Shown here piece after piece: positions 1 through 13,238 of a stretch of DNA of 64,000 nucleotides (positions are counted from its first letter, which is position 1; each line of letters opens with the position of its first letter). The stretch spans positions 1-64,000 of the forward strand of contig MU058103.1 in assembly GCA_013265495.1 (NCBI GenBank). The letters are read 5' to 3'. The position numbers and the translations under genes are program-made. The notes below the pieces were generated by a model, which saw only the letters and a program-made list of their open reading frames with translations, was not told the origin of the DNA and made no database searches. The DNA comes from Vicugna vicugna. Its lineage: Eukaryota.

Positions 1-1660
1 CAGAAGACCTGAAAAATAGTCATTTTTCCAAAGAAGACACACAGACGGCAATGGGCACTTGAAAAGATGTTCAACATCACTAATTATTAGGGAAAGGCAA
101 ATCAAAGCCATAATGATTACCTCATACCTGTCAGAATGGCTGTTGTCAAAAAGACAACAAATAACAAATGTTGACCAGGATGTGGGAAAAAAAGGGACTC
201 TCATACACTGTTGATGGGAATGTAAATTGGCACAGTCGCTATGGAAAACAGTTTGGAAACTCCCCCTACCCCCCAAAATAGAACTACCATACAATCCAGC
301 AGTTCCATTCCTGAGTGCTTATCTGGAGAAAACAAAAACACTATTTTGAAAAGATATATGCACCCCTAAGTTCATTGCAGCATAATGTTTACAATAGCCA
401 AGATACAGAAGCTACCTACGTGCCCATTAATAGATGAATGGATAAAGAAGATGTGACATATACATACAATGGAATATTGCTCAGCTGTAAAAGAAGAATG
501 AAATCTTGCCAATTGCAAAAACTTGGGTGGACCTAGAGGTTATTATGCTAAGTGAAATAAGTCAGAGAATGACAAATATGTTTTCACTTATATGTGTAAT
601 CTAAAAAACAGACCAAATGAACAAACATAACTAAACATAGAGTCATAGATATGAGAAAAAGCAGATGGTTGCCAGAGGGGAGGGGAGTAGGGGAAGAGGA
701 GAAATAAGTGTTGGAGATTAAGAGGTCAGTTATAAAATAAAGGAATCATGGACATGACATTTACAGTGTGGGGAATATAGTCAATAATTATATAATATAT
801 TTGGTGACATGTAACTAGACTTATCATGGTAATCATTTTGAAATGTATATAAATATTGAATAATTATGTTATGTACCAGGAACTAACATAGAATTGTAGG
901 TCAGTTATACTTCAAAAACAAACAAATGAATTCANNNNNNNNNNNNNNNNNNNNNNNNNNNNNNNNNNNNNNNNNNNNNNNNNNNNNNNNNNNNNNNNNN
1001 NNNNNNNNNNNNNNNNNNNNNNNNNNNNNNNNNNNNNNNNNNNNNNNNNNNNNNNNNNNNNNNNNNNNNNNNNNNNNNNNNNNNNNNNNNNNNNNNNNNN
1101 NAGGTCAGTTATAAAATAAAGGAATCATGGATATGACATTTACAGTGTGGGGAATATAGTCAATAATTATATAATATATTTGGTGACATGTAACTAGACT
1201 TATCATGGTAATCATTTTGAAATGTATATAAATATTGAATAATTATGTTATGTACCAGGAACTAACATAGTATTGTAGGTCAGTTATACTTCAAAAACAA
1301 ACAAATGAATTCATAGAAAAAGAGATTAGGTCACCACAGGTGGGGAGTGAGGGGAAGGGAAATTAGACTGAAATAGTAAAATGGTACAAACTTCTAGTTA
1401 TAAGATAAATAAGTACTAGGGATGTAATGTACAACATAATAAATATAAATAGCACTGTTGTACATATATATGCAAGTCTTTAAGAAAGTAAATCTTAAGA
1501 GTTTTCACCCCAAGGAAAAACTTTTATTTTTAAATGTTTCTATATGAGATGATGATGTTCACCAAACAAATTGTGGTCATCATTTCATGGAGTATGTAAG
1601 TCAAACATATGCATATACAGTACTGTTTATCACTTATATCTAAATAAAACTGGAAGAAAA
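1..1660 (+). mobile_element. LINE-1 3' end (ORF2 C-terminus plus 3' UTR), L1MA9-like/laurasiatherian type, decayed
   Basis: Typical L1 motifs: aaaagatgttcaacatcactaatta, gatgaatggataaagaagatgtg, ttatgctaagtgaaataagtcag. Ends in taaataaaactggaagaaaa. Interrupted by an N gap. Confidence 0.92.
935..1101. other. Assembly gap (167 N)
   Basis: Run of N. Confidence 1.
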
Positions 1661-1689
1661 GAATAGAAGACAGTTAAATTCTTATAGCT

Positions 1690-2449
1690 GTTCTGCATTC
1701 AAATTGTGGCTTGTGTTGTTTTGGTTGAAAAATATGAAAAAGAAATCTGACCTCATCCAGATATGCAGTTGAAAAGGATATAATAATACTGATAGTCTTC
1801 TCAGATAATTGTGGATATTCTTCTTATATGCTACACAAAAATTGAACCAGGAGAAATTTCTTAAAGATTAGTTGCAATGTGGAACTGATTCCATATTAGT
1901 AAATTTTTTGTTCTCTGTTGCATTAAAATGTATTAATCTATCTTACATTTTGAATGGATCTTTTACCTTTCTATTATTTTATAGCAGTACTCATTTGTCA
2001 TTTGGAAAACAATGGTACCCTGAGCTGTACTGATCTTTCAAATATTGACACATTACATTATAATTTATAAAGATTGTTTTAAGTAATTTTATCACCAGTC
2101 TCATCAGAAAAGTTTGAAATATTGGGAAGCTGTTAAGTACATGGTGGTATACACAAATTTTCTAAAATTCTACTTTTTCTTGAAAGTTCAAATTTTATCA
2201 TCAGCAACAAATAACATTATTTACTTTAATAGCAATGGCAGGCTCACTTTGCACATTTTTTGACAAAATTTCTGCCAGTTATCCCAATGTGAATAACCAT
2301 AGTTTGTAAGTTATTCTTTCAGGTAAAGAAAGCTTTTGTGAATAAAAGTGTCAATTACTGAAAATTACTGGCACTGAAGAACACAAACTCATCATTCATT
2401 TTGGTGTCTCTGCCTTGAATTGTGTTTGAGCACCAATTGTTTTACTAAC
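1690..2449 (-). mobile_element. Charlie1-like hAT DNA transposon, left part
   Basis: Matches recalled Charlie1 consensus: cagataattgtggatattctt, ttagttgcaatgtggaa, ctcatcagaaaagt...tattgggaagctgt, gaataaccatagtttgt. Confidence 0.8.
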
Positions 2450-3112
2450 TGTAAATGATCTGGAAATGATGAAGTTCCTAGATATTATAATCCAAATTAA
2501 AAAATTTAAGATTTATAAAGCAGATGTTTAAGAATGCTACTAGAGTGTGGTCCAGTATGGTACGTAGAATGGAGCAGCACCACTCAGTGAAGCCTCCACA
2601 TAATCACGATTATGTGTGAAGAAAGTCAATGGACAACTTGGCTCCTTTATAAAGTTCATCAGAGGATGTTCTATTAGCCATGCTTCCCTTGTTTCAGATT
2701 CTGTTAGTTTATTTCATGTCAGTAAAGTCCTATCAGAGAGTGGTGTGGGTATCTTCTACCTGAATTACTTAGTGTTTCAAAATTTTGATATAATTGGTGA
2801 GGGTTGGGAAGGAAAAGAACAAAATTAGGTGTGTCTGGCTTAGGACTTGATCCTGAATAGATCCTGTCTGTTATTTGGACACTTTGGATTTGTTGCCAAG
2901 ATTTTGTCCTTGAAAGGAATCATGTAGTTAATTCACATCTTGAGGGATAGTTCTTTGAATTAAATATTCTATGAGGGAGAAATGTGCTTGCAATATGTAA
3001 CATTCATCTCTGTGTTCAAGTGGAATTCCATTTCCAAATGGAAAGCTTTATTTTATGGATATGAGGTAATATATGTAATTTAGTTTAAAAGATACTGTCA
3101 AATAGAAAAAAA

Positions 3113-3251
3113 TTACCATTATTACAAATGTCTATATAGTAGAAAGCAAATAGCATTGCAAAATTGTTATTGAAGTAGTTTGGTCTGAATGACCCATTGA
3201 AAGCTAGTTGGGATCCCCAAAGTTTGGTGGAACACATTTTGAGAACGGTTA
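3113..3251 (-). mobile_element. Charlie1-like hAT transposon terminus (continuation of 1690-2449)
   Basis: caaatgtc...aaagcaaata...gaacacattttgagaacggtt resembles the Charlie1 end ggaccacactttgagaaccgctg. Confidence 0.7.
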
Positions 3252-4399
3252 TGTTAGGATAATGACCTTAATTAAGGCTTTCTGAATTGTAACGTCCTAT
3301 AATTTTGTTGAAGTTCAATTCGAATCTTCTTTTGCCTTGAGTAATTATGATAATATACTTTGGATGTTTCCATTAGTATGCTAAATGAGAGTTATATTGG
3401 CTTTAAAAAGCCAATTGTGTATACCTTTTTCCAGTTCTGAATTCAGTTCAGTGATACCGTGTTATTGGCTTAAAATCAGTCACTATGAGTACTTATATCA
3501 TGAAATTGAGAAATGCTATAAATTGGAGCATTTTGCCCCTGGGAGCGAGTTGTTAACAACATACCCGTATATTTTGGATGCATCTTTTATATATTTTACA
3601 TCTTCACTACCAACATCATATCAATCTCATCTCAGAGAATTCCAAGTACATATAGGTACATGTATGCAGCTCAGGGATTCGTCTGCTACAGGAGGGTTGA
3701 CACGATTATGACTTGGCGAAACCCATACCCTTTATTTGCATTCATCTCCTCATGCCTTTGCTCTTTAACCAGAATATATAGTACAAATGGTTGCTGTCTT
3801 TAAAAAGTTCGTATTTTCCCATTACATGGGCTAATTATTCATTTGTTTAATTCTGAAATAAACAAACAAATAGAAACATTTCCTGATGTTGTGCCATAGC
3901 CAAGTGGGATTCTTAATTCTAATTAAGAATTAAAAAATAAAATAAAAATAATCCCCAAAATATAGAATCATAACCCCAATAATTTAATTATTTGATCAAG
4001 GAAACTTATAAACAAATAATTATAAAAGTACAATTATTAGTAGTAATAATTGTTAATTAGTAATCTATGTGTATATATTTGTATGTGGAAATCACAGGTG
4101 CTTTCAGTGGGGTAATTCTTGCCTGTGGCAGGTTGACTCACAGAATGACCCTATTTTAAGTCCCTTAACTTTTCTTAGATTTTGTATTCTCATTTTAAAA
4201 TGGCAGGGAATGTATAAGTTAGACTAGATAATACTGAATATAATTCTTATCTTCTCTTTTGCCTCATTAAAGCCTAGTCATTATTTAAAGCTGTTCATAT
4301 GCTAACATATTTGGAGACATATTTGTTGATTTTCTTCTTGACAAGAGAGTGCACTTCTCTGTCTGCCTTGCACCCTGCCTACTGCACTGCGGATATCCA

Positions 4400-4512
4400 C
4401 TTACTGTACTTGAGGAAGAGGCTATGCCTTTCATTTTTAAGCTTCCAGAGCAGAATATTTGACACATGAAGTGTGTTCAATAAATGTCTGAAAAATACAT
4501 GAGTGGATGAGT
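4400..4512 (+). mobile_element. L2 3' end fragment
   Basis: gacacatgaagtgtgttcaataaatgtctgaa...gagtggatga. Confidence 0.55.
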
Positions 4513-6199
4513 ATTTTGATGAAAAAAAAATCCCGTGATTCTTGGGCCCAGGTCCTTTGTTCACTGTCCTGCATTTGCAAAACTATAGATGAAATTGCAA
4601 ATGAATCTTGTTTATCCTACTACCAAATTAGGCAGTTTCCTATTTTGAAAGTGCCCTTTTAAAAAAGTATCTGTGGAATAAACATGGATGGGCTCTGAGC
4701 AACCAGTGAATGGAAACTGAGGTGTCAGGCACACAGAGCATCCCATCATCAACAGGCCTTGAATATTTAAAATGCCTTTTAGAAGCCCTTTATTAGGAGG
4801 ATTTTTTTAGAGTATTTTAAGATTAATGGTTGCTTTCCTGTGTTCATGTTCTGTTTGTGGAAACAGATGGAATTTTCAGCATTAGAGCTATAATAAAATT
4901 TGTTACTTGCTATGACAAACTATTCATTATATGCTGTCATAGGAATACAGAATCTGAAAAGTCGGCTTTTAAATAGTTTTCAGGCATAAATACTTAATTT
5001 ACTTATTGAGGTAAAAAGTAATGGTGTGAGCTATTGCAACTGTAAACTGCATTTCTATTTGCCTGATAACCCTTTTTATTAGCCATAGGACTGTGGATGT
5101 GTAGGGGGCACATTAGTTCAGCCATAGGAGGGATTCTTCTTTATTAAATGCATGTTTCCAAGGAGGAGAGATTATTTACTCTTCAGTGGAAACAACCACA
5201 GCATCCACTCAAAAGCAAATTGTGTTTTCAAGGCAAAGATATTAAATGGATATTAATAGGCATTTTATTCTTGAGCAACAGATTCTGTTGGTTCAGTTAC
5301 TGCTCCACCTTTGGAAGATTGCAGAATCGATAACCTAAAAGATTTCTTACTCTCAGATATCTATGGTTTGGATTTTTAGTGCCTAAAGATACCTAATTTT
5401 TCCCCTTAGAAGCTTTACTGTGTCTTTGTTTCACAGCTTAGAAAAAGTTCTGAATTGATAAAAACAAAGAGAAAGAGATACCAGATTTTAGAGAAGATAA
5501 ATATTAAGATTTTGAAAGAAAACTTTTAAAATAGCCACTATTATATGACTTACCATCTATTTTTCAAGTCTCCTAAAGATTCTGAATGATGAAGTTAAAT
5601 TATATATACCATGGTCTCCAACTGGAGATGATATATGTAGCGGCATGTTGTGAACTATCAAGCTCTATAAAGAGAGGACAGGCTGATTATTGTTGTTCCT
5701 GTGGGTTTACTGATGATAGCTATAGGATTAGGGTTGGAGGAGGTACCCCAAATTTCAAACCTAGACAGCTCCCTCTTGGATGGAGAGAGGAGGAGATAGA
5801 CAATTTTATGATAAACTGGTTCAGGGAATATTACTTGAATAACAAACATATTGGTATATATAATGTTATGTGTAACAAATATTATATGTAACACTATATA
5901 TATAATATAGCAGGGCTGCTGCCCAGCACATTAGTGGAAGAAGAGTCCTACAGTGGTGTGGAGCTCCATGTTTATGCTCCAAATGGTGTCCTTAAATACC
6001 GTGAGGTTCTTCTTAGGATGTGTCAGTTCCTTTCAGCTCCAACTGTCCTTTGGTATCTTGGAGCCTCTTAAGTTTTCAAGGTTTACAAAAACTCCAGTTA
6101 AAAATCTAAAAAAATCATTGGTTTGGAGTCATAGACATGGGTGTGCACTTCCTTAATATGTGTTGGTGGACAGAGGACCTGAGTGTTAGTCTGTTGTTC

Positions 6200-6322
6200 T
6201 TTGTGTTTTCAGATGTAAAATAAGGATAATATTGCCTAGGTCATAGGTTGATTATAAAGTTTCTGTGAGGTGTTTATAATGCACATAATATTTGTTGGCA
6301 CATAGTCATTCAATAAATATTT
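6200..6322 (+). mobile_element. MIR fragment
   Basis: tgtaaaataaggataata...ggcacatagtcattcaataaatatt. Confidence 0.6.
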
Positions 6323-6409
6323 AATTCCTCAGGACGATGCTAAAAATTATGTGAGTCATCTTGACTGATTGGTCCACACTCTCCGCCATATTACATACTT
6401 CCAGCAGGA

Positions 6410-6515
6410 TTGTCTTTCTCCTCCCTCCCTCCCTCCATCTGTCTGTCTTTCTCTTGTCCCTTCTCTTTCCTTTTCCTCCTTCCTTCCTTCCTTCTTTCCG
6501 TCCTTGTCTTTCTCT
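6410..6515. repeat. CT-rich low-complexity tract
   Basis: ctccctccctccctcc...tccttccttccttc. Confidence 0.85.
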
Positions 6516-6805
6516 GTTGCTGATGTTGTATAAATCATAAGCCACTGTGTTAAAACTGGGTCCAGCAAATCAGGGAAGTCATTCCCTCTCACCATCTTCA
6601 AAGAAATGAATAGGCACAGGGGTGACCAAGAGGTTTAAGTTCACAAATAGCTGGACGGGAAAAGGAAGATAGTAAGAATTGGTCTTCAGCTCAACCTAAC
6701 AGGTATTTTGGATAATAAAATTACTTACACTAAGCCCTGAGTATCATGTCTTGTACATAATGCATATTCTATATGTATAATATTTCCCCTCTTTTCCATC
6801 CAGCA

Positions 6806-6903
6806 CTTCTTGAGAGGGAGAGTGACATTTTATTTATCTTGGCTTCTCCTGTGTCTAGTACAGTGCCTAGTATGTATTATGTCTCAGTAAATGTTGAAAG
6901 AAT
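6806..6903 (+). mobile_element. L2 3' end fragment
   Basis: tctagtacagtgcctagtatgta...ctcagtaaatgttgaa. Confidence 0.65.
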
Positions 6904-8318
6904 TCTGTTACCTAAGGGAAGAACCAAGCTGATGTGACAAATGAGCAAGGACAGGCTGAGGTTAGGGCTTATGAAAGTGAAAAGGTCCACAGGGGCTAAG
7001 GCTCTAGGAATAGTAAATGAACACAACCAGAGGAGATGAAAAGTATCAGGGAGCAGCACCAAGGGTCTAGCTGTGATCTGGGAACACAATGCTTCACTGA
7101 AGTCAAGCTGTGGGATGTTGTGTTTTATTTCAACTCCAAGGAGATAGAGAGCACTGAGGACAGACTGGGAACAGCATTGCCCTAGCCTGACACCCATAGA
7201 GATGGCTTTCTGTATCTGTAGAGTCACCTTTGAGCCATACTATGCACAACTGTATAGTTTTGACCTTTAGGCTAATGCCATTTATCTTCAGTGACCTTGC
7301 TGAACACAGAATGCTGGGCAAAATGCTACTGTTTATTTAAACTAAGAATGGGCTTTCTAAAATGGTTGTCCTTAGCAAGACAAAGCTAAATACATAATCT
7401 TAGCAATTAGTGAACATCTCATGTGGCTAAAGGCAACTTTGGCTTTCATATTTAATGATGGGTTTGTATTTTGTGAGTAACAGAAAGATCTCCTAAAAAA
7501 AAATCCTGTTTTGTGCTCTGCAATTTGTATTAGCTTGGAAAAGAACTATCACCCTGTATACTTAGCCACCGATTCCATTATTTCATTTTACTTTAGAACT
7601 TAAGTATTTTTGTTAGGATGTGTGGGCATAGTTTCATTTGGTTTTGTGTGTGTGTGTGAGAGAGAATTAGAATACTGTTGAATCTTGCTGTGCAATGACA
7701 CAGTGTTCAGTTTTCTTTCTTAAATACATTTAAAGAAAGCTCGTTTGTAATTCTGGTCAAGAAAATACACTGTGAGCTTCAAAGCCAAGATGCAGGAGGG
7801 ATTCAGCTAAGTGGTGAAGAAGTCTTCCAAGCCAAGCATCCCATCTTAAGAGTTTCATTGTTCTCAGTTTATATTAAATCATACCTTTCTCACAGCAAGC
7901 CTGTTTTAACCCCATTTGAGACAAAGGATGGGGGAGTGCGTGCTTCAGAATGTTCAATAAGTATTTGCTGAAAAAAATCAATGAATGAACGAATACATGA
8001 ATACATGATATAATACAGAGTTCTTGGAACAGAGAAGGTCATAAGAAAGCCCTTGCACTTTCTCTATTTAAAACCATCTCCAGCCATTGTTAGTATTTTT
8101 CACTTAACTAAGGTAGGACTTTGGGGACTACTGGGGAGCCCAGAGAGAAAAAGGTCAGCCCAAAAGATGTGCTTGAATTTTAAGAAATGTCAAGGAAGTA
8201 ATTTACAATAGGGATTTTCAAAATATAGAATTCTTGGCATTATACAGAAAAATAAAATGAGAAATGTGAGTTAGTACTAATATGAAATAATTTTATTTTT
8301 AATATGGATTTATTTTAA

Positions 8319-8381
8319 NNNNNNNNNNNNNNNNNNNNNNNNNNNNNNNNNNNNNNNNNNNNNNNNNNNNNNNNNNNNNNN
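8319..8381. other. Assembly gap (63 N)
   Basis: Run of N. Confidence 1.
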
Positions 8382-8479
8382 CATCATCTCTCTTCCATAT
8401 ATTTGAGTTTTAGCAATGCCTGTTACAAAAATTATTTATATATTTTTTAAAAAGGCAGAGAACTAGAATGAGTTTAGCT

Positions 8480-9485
8480 TATATGTATATTACCCAAAGG
8501 TATGGAGAGGATTAATATATTTCTCTTAAGAAAATCTTCTAGATGACATGTATGACTGAGAATTATTATCTTTAGTATATGGAAAATCTAAACATTTTAA
8601 AAAGCAAAAGGCACAAAGAAAAGCTTCCAAAGCACATATGCAAGTAAATCATTTAAAGAAGAAATATAGAGGGTCAATACACCTGAAAAATATTCAGTAG
8701 TCAAAGAAATTCAAATTAAATGCTGACATGATTTTTAAAAAAGGTTTAATTCAAAAGGGTTAAAAATAAAATAAATACTGGGATGTGAGAGACATTAAAA
8801 AAAATCCAAAAAACCCAGAGAACTACTAATGGAGGAACCCACTGGAAAGTATGTATCAGAAGCACAGAATTCCTCACACCTTTTCTCTGATTGTCATGCT
8901 AAGAATATTAATAATTAGGAATATTTGCAACGTATAGTTTCAAAGTCACTGTAAGAGCACCTTTGCTCTTAAAAAAACATGAATGTACAACAGTAGAAGA
9001 ATGATTATTACATGTCCATTTAATAAAATGCAATAACTAAACATATTCTAGAAAGAGGGTTTCTAATGGGAGTGAGAAGTTTGGTTGGATATCAGAATCT
9101 CCTGGTGGGATTTTCAAAATACACTTTCAGAGGTGTCCACCAAGATCTTAACTCATTTCACACTGGTGGTTCCCAGAACAGCCAGCTTTAGTTTATTCTG
9201 CTAAATGCTCTTTACTTTTTCCTGTTAAAGAACTGTTGTTCTAGAAGAATATTCTAATAACATAGAAAGGCATTTATAATACACTATTAAGATGAAAAAG
9301 TCATTTATGAAATGTTTTATTTTATAAAAATAAAAGATAAAACGTCTTCCTACTTATCTTTAAAAAATTCAGAAAAGATACACACTAAAATGCTTATGAT
9401 GGCCACCTTGTTAGTAAGGTTATATATCATTTTATATTATTATTTTATATTTCTGTATTTACCAAAGTTTTAGTAATGAATACTA
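8480..9485 (+). mobile_element. Very old L1 (L1ME-like) 3' remnant
   Basis: A-rich plus strand; aagaagaaatataga...gtagtcaaagaaattcaaattaaa; 3' UTR-like ttttatatttctgtatttaccaaa. Confidence 0.5.
9054..9238. mobile_element. hAT-Charlie MITE (MER5/MER112-like)
   Basis: Perfect 8-bp TSD TTCTAGAA at 9046-9053 and 9239-9246, the NTCTAGAN preference of Charlie elements. Internal atcagaatctcctgg; degenerate terminal repeats. Confidence 0.7.
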
Positions 9486-9489
9486 AATC

Positions 9490-9730
9490 CCAGGCTTTCT
9501 TATTTAAAATCGTCACCCCAACGTACATGTACTCCCCTTCCTTTTTTCCACTTTATTTTTTCTCCAAAGAAGTTATCCACATCTCTTATACTATATGTTT
9601 TACTTATTTTTGTTAATTTTTTTATTTCTGAGTCCCTCAACTGGATTGAAAACTCCCGTGTAGAGATGTGCTATAGCACCAGCTGGACATATAATGATGA
9701 TCACTTAAATATTTTTGAATGTATGAATGT
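9490..9730 (+). mobile_element. L2a-like 3' end
   Basis: ctttattttttctcca...ttaaatatttttgaatgtatgaatg. Confidence 0.65.
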
Positions 9731-10259
9731 TCCTTACAAACTGTCTTGAACTAAATAGTGAACTGTAACTTCACAGTCAAGATGGATAGTATACACTGTT
9801 GTTCTTCTCACATTAATTTTAATGATTCTTTTAGTCTTAATAAACTGTTAGTAACTTTTATTATGTGGAAAGGAGAAGGAAAATGAGCCAGTATTCAGCT
9901 ATCATTCTAGCATATCTGTTCACTTCCAGGTCCATTACATGTCTTCTGCTGCTTGCTGTGATCACAAGAAATACATTTCTTTTGGATCAATAAACCGTTT
10001 ATTCAAATAATCATTGTCATTTAATTTGATTATGTATTCTAGCCTGTGATCATATTTCATTTAAAAGTAGCTTGTGAAAGTAGCCTGTCATTTATCACAC
10101 TGTACATCTTTGAAGGAAGGGATTATGTCTTTGTATCTCCTACAGAATCTGGTATTACCTGATTCTCATATCAAGTCTAGAACAATGCCTGCATACTTAA
10201 AAATTATTGAATACTAAATTAAAGAATAAGAATTATTTATGCTACTATAGAGGAGCAAA

Positions 10260-10424
10260 TTGATGGGAACCAGATGGCCTGAGTTTTTAGTTTAAATCTC
10301 AGCTCCATTACTTATTAGCTGTGCCACTTTGGGCAGTATGTAACCCTTCTATTCCTAAATCACTTCTATAAAACAGAGTTCCTTGAATACCTATCACATG
10401 GAGTAGTTGGTAAGAATAGATCAT

Positions 10425-10458
<34 letters not shown>

Positions 10459-10535
10459 CACTTGAAACTGTAGCTGGCATGTATAAAAATCATACAAAGG
10501 TTAATAAATGCTCTCATTCATTGTTGTTGATATTA
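10260..10535 (+). mobile_element. MIR containing a (CA)n microsatellite
   Basis: aaatctcagctccattacttattagctgtg...ttgggca core; (CA)n at about 10429-10457. Confidence 0.8.
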
Positions 10536-11494
10536 TTATATTGTTTATATTATGAGGGAAAGTTCACTGAAACAAAAGTCTTGCACTCAGATTATGTAGC
10601 ATTTATTTACACTCACTGGGCTTTAGAAAAGAAAGAAAAGGTAGTAAGACTCTCACACCATAAATGTGACACCTAAAAATACTTCACATTACAAAGTTGG
10701 GTATATATAAATTAGATGCATAAATAAACCATAGTATAGCTTTAGGCAGAGTTTAGTGATCATTGTTGACTAGGTTTTAGAATAACTCACTTTTTGGCAA
10801 ATGGGAAGATGGAATATCAAAGATGAGTGACTTTAAGTTCATTGAATGAATGGCAAGATCAGGTCATTGAATGAAGCGCACTGTATCCTGACAAGTGCAG
10901 TGGTGATGTGTTCTGTGAATCTGTGAAAGTCACCAAACTCCTGTCTTAGCTTTTCCAAGTTTAAAATTGAAGTTATAGTGTCTACTTGACAGGGACAATA
11001 TAAGAGTTCAGGTTGGTGCTTTGAAGATGTAGCATCCTCCCCTAAAAGGCACATATTTAATATTCTGCACTTTCATTGAGCATTTCTTTTATTTTATGTA
11101 ACATAATACTCATAATGTAAAAACAGGAATGCAATGATAATTTGACACTTCCCTAGAAAATTTATTAATTCCAGGTTTATTATAATCATGCTTTCTAATA
11201 ACCCTTAAAACATTTATGGGGACATGCATGTATCATAAAATTTTAATGTGTACATGCATACCTTGGGTTTAAGGAAAACATTTAAAGGAAATTAATTTAG
11301 TAAGATTGAGGATCTTAAATATATCAATTTAAACCTCAGTATTCTATGGCTTCTACTGAATTACTTAAGTGTTATGTTTGGCGTTGATTTAATACCCGCT
11401 TGTTTTGGAAGCATAGCGTGAAAACAACGAGGCAGTAAGTATGCACTGAAGGCAATGATGATAAGATAATTTTGCTCTAAATTAATTATTGAAG

Positions 11495-11636
11495 TTTTTT
11501 TTTAATTCTTATTTTTTAGGGGAGGTAATTAGGTTTATTATTATTTATTTATTTATTTAATGGAGGTACTGGGGATTGAACTCAGAACCTCATGCATGCT
11601 AAACATGTAATCTACCATTGAGCTATATGTTCCCCC
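11495..11636 (-). mobile_element. Camelid vic-1-type tRNA-derived SINE
   Basis: Reverse complement reads GGGGGAACATATAGCTCAATGGTAGA...GGTTCTGAGTTCAATCCCCAGTACCTCCATTAAATAAATAAA...CCTAATTACCTCCCC plus an A-rich tail. A/B boxes visible; same family as 14957-15111. Confidence 0.85.
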
Positions 11637-12865
11637 AAATTCACTTTTATATATTTTCCTCCTATTATTTTTCTTTCCTAATTTAAAATTTTTTCTTAAT
11701 AGCCTCGTATAATTTTACTTCCAAATAATCCCCCATGCTTAACTGACATAATAGGTCCCCACTGACTATGTGTTGAAAATGTATGCTCCAAAGTGTCACT
11801 CAGTCTATTCGTATTATTTCAAAATTCACAAAAGCACTTCGCCATGAAGTGTTCAAAAAATTATCTTTTCCTTCTGCCTGGGCTCTAAAGATATCTGCTT
11901 CCTATATTCCTTACTTGTCATTCTTGTCATTTATTTGCTGAATTATGATTTCAGACTTAAAGTTATACCCTTAGGCTTACAGTCTAGAGGGAGAGAAAAG
12001 CACGTAAACCAGTAATTACAGTGTAGTTTAGAAGATGCTAGGATAGGGATGTCCAAAGTACTGTGGAAAAGAATACAATGAGACGAGTTTCTGGTATATT
12101 TAGGGACGCTCTGTTAGAGGAGAGACCATGTGGATAGTGTCTGGTTATTGAATAAGAAGAGTTTTGACAAATGAGAACTGATAGGAAATTCATTCCATCC
12201 AGGGACCCAAATCAAAATGTCATCAAGGAAGACAGCCTGGGGATATTGTGAATCTTTTGAATTTCCTGCTAATTTTATAATTTTCTTATATGCAATGTGG
12301 AGACGTATTTGCACTCTCTCTCTCCTCCTTCCCTCTTCTTTCTTCTTTAATTCTTTCTTCTTTTTCTTTCTTTCTCATTTTAAAGCAGAATCTTAAGCTG
12401 TTTTCTAAACACAACTCTTTCTGCTGTACAGTAATGAATTTGGGAGGGTACTGGCTGTTCAGAATTGAGTAGTCTGTGTTCCCACTTTTTTTCTACCGTC
12501 TCTTGCAAATTCTCAAAAACAGGGCAAGAACCATGTAACAATTTTAACCTTACAGTATATTGCTGTTTTCCCCCCTCTTCTTGATTTTGACCCTGATACA
12601 AAGTACTCATAACATCCCTTTGCTTTGTACTTTCCCTGATCAAAGCAGATCCTTGACATTTGCTGACTGAAGAACTTGTTTATGTTATCACATTTCACCC
12701 AATGATTTATCAGCAACACATTTGTGATTGGTTGAAATTTTTTAAAAGCAGTAGAAATTGTCAAATCATGCCAACTGTACCAAGAAGGAACCAGATAAAA
12801 CTAGCCAAAACCCTTTGCAATAACAATTTTTAAAGAGTGTTATATTAACTTAAAAATATTTATTC

Positions 12866-13238
12866 TCATATTAGTTAGTTAGAGCTACCGTAATGAAGTA
12901 CTACAGTCCAAATGGCTTAAACAACAGAAGTTTACTTTCTCAGTCCAAGAGAGGGGACTTAGAGGAGGGAGGAGCTCAGTCCTGATCTTAGGCTTCTAGC
13001 GTTATGGATGGCCATTTCCTCCCTCTGTCTGTACCTGGTCTCTTTCCCGTGTGTGTCTGTGTCCCAGTCTCCTCTTTTAAGGACACCAGTCATATTAGGT
13101 TAGGTCCCACCCAATGACCTCATTGAACTTTAACTACCTCTTTAATGTCTGTATCTCTAAATACATTCACATTCTGAAGTATGGGATGTTAGAACTTCAA
13201 CTTGTACATCTTGGAGAGACAGAATTCAGCCCATAACA
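12866..13238 (-). mobile_element. MaLR solo LTR (MLT1B/C-like)
   Basis: ggcttaaacaacagaa...aaggacaccagtcatattagg...aattcagcccataaca. Confidence 0.85.

Noticed and set aside
640..1660. Two successive 3' UTR-like modules in the first L1
   Set aside because: To my recollection this is a normal feature of this L1 lineage's 3' UTR, not two insertions.
5586..5891. 101-aa ATG-initiated ORF in unique sequence
   Set aside because: No recognisable domain, AT-rich codon usage, and no splice or retrocopy hallmarks.
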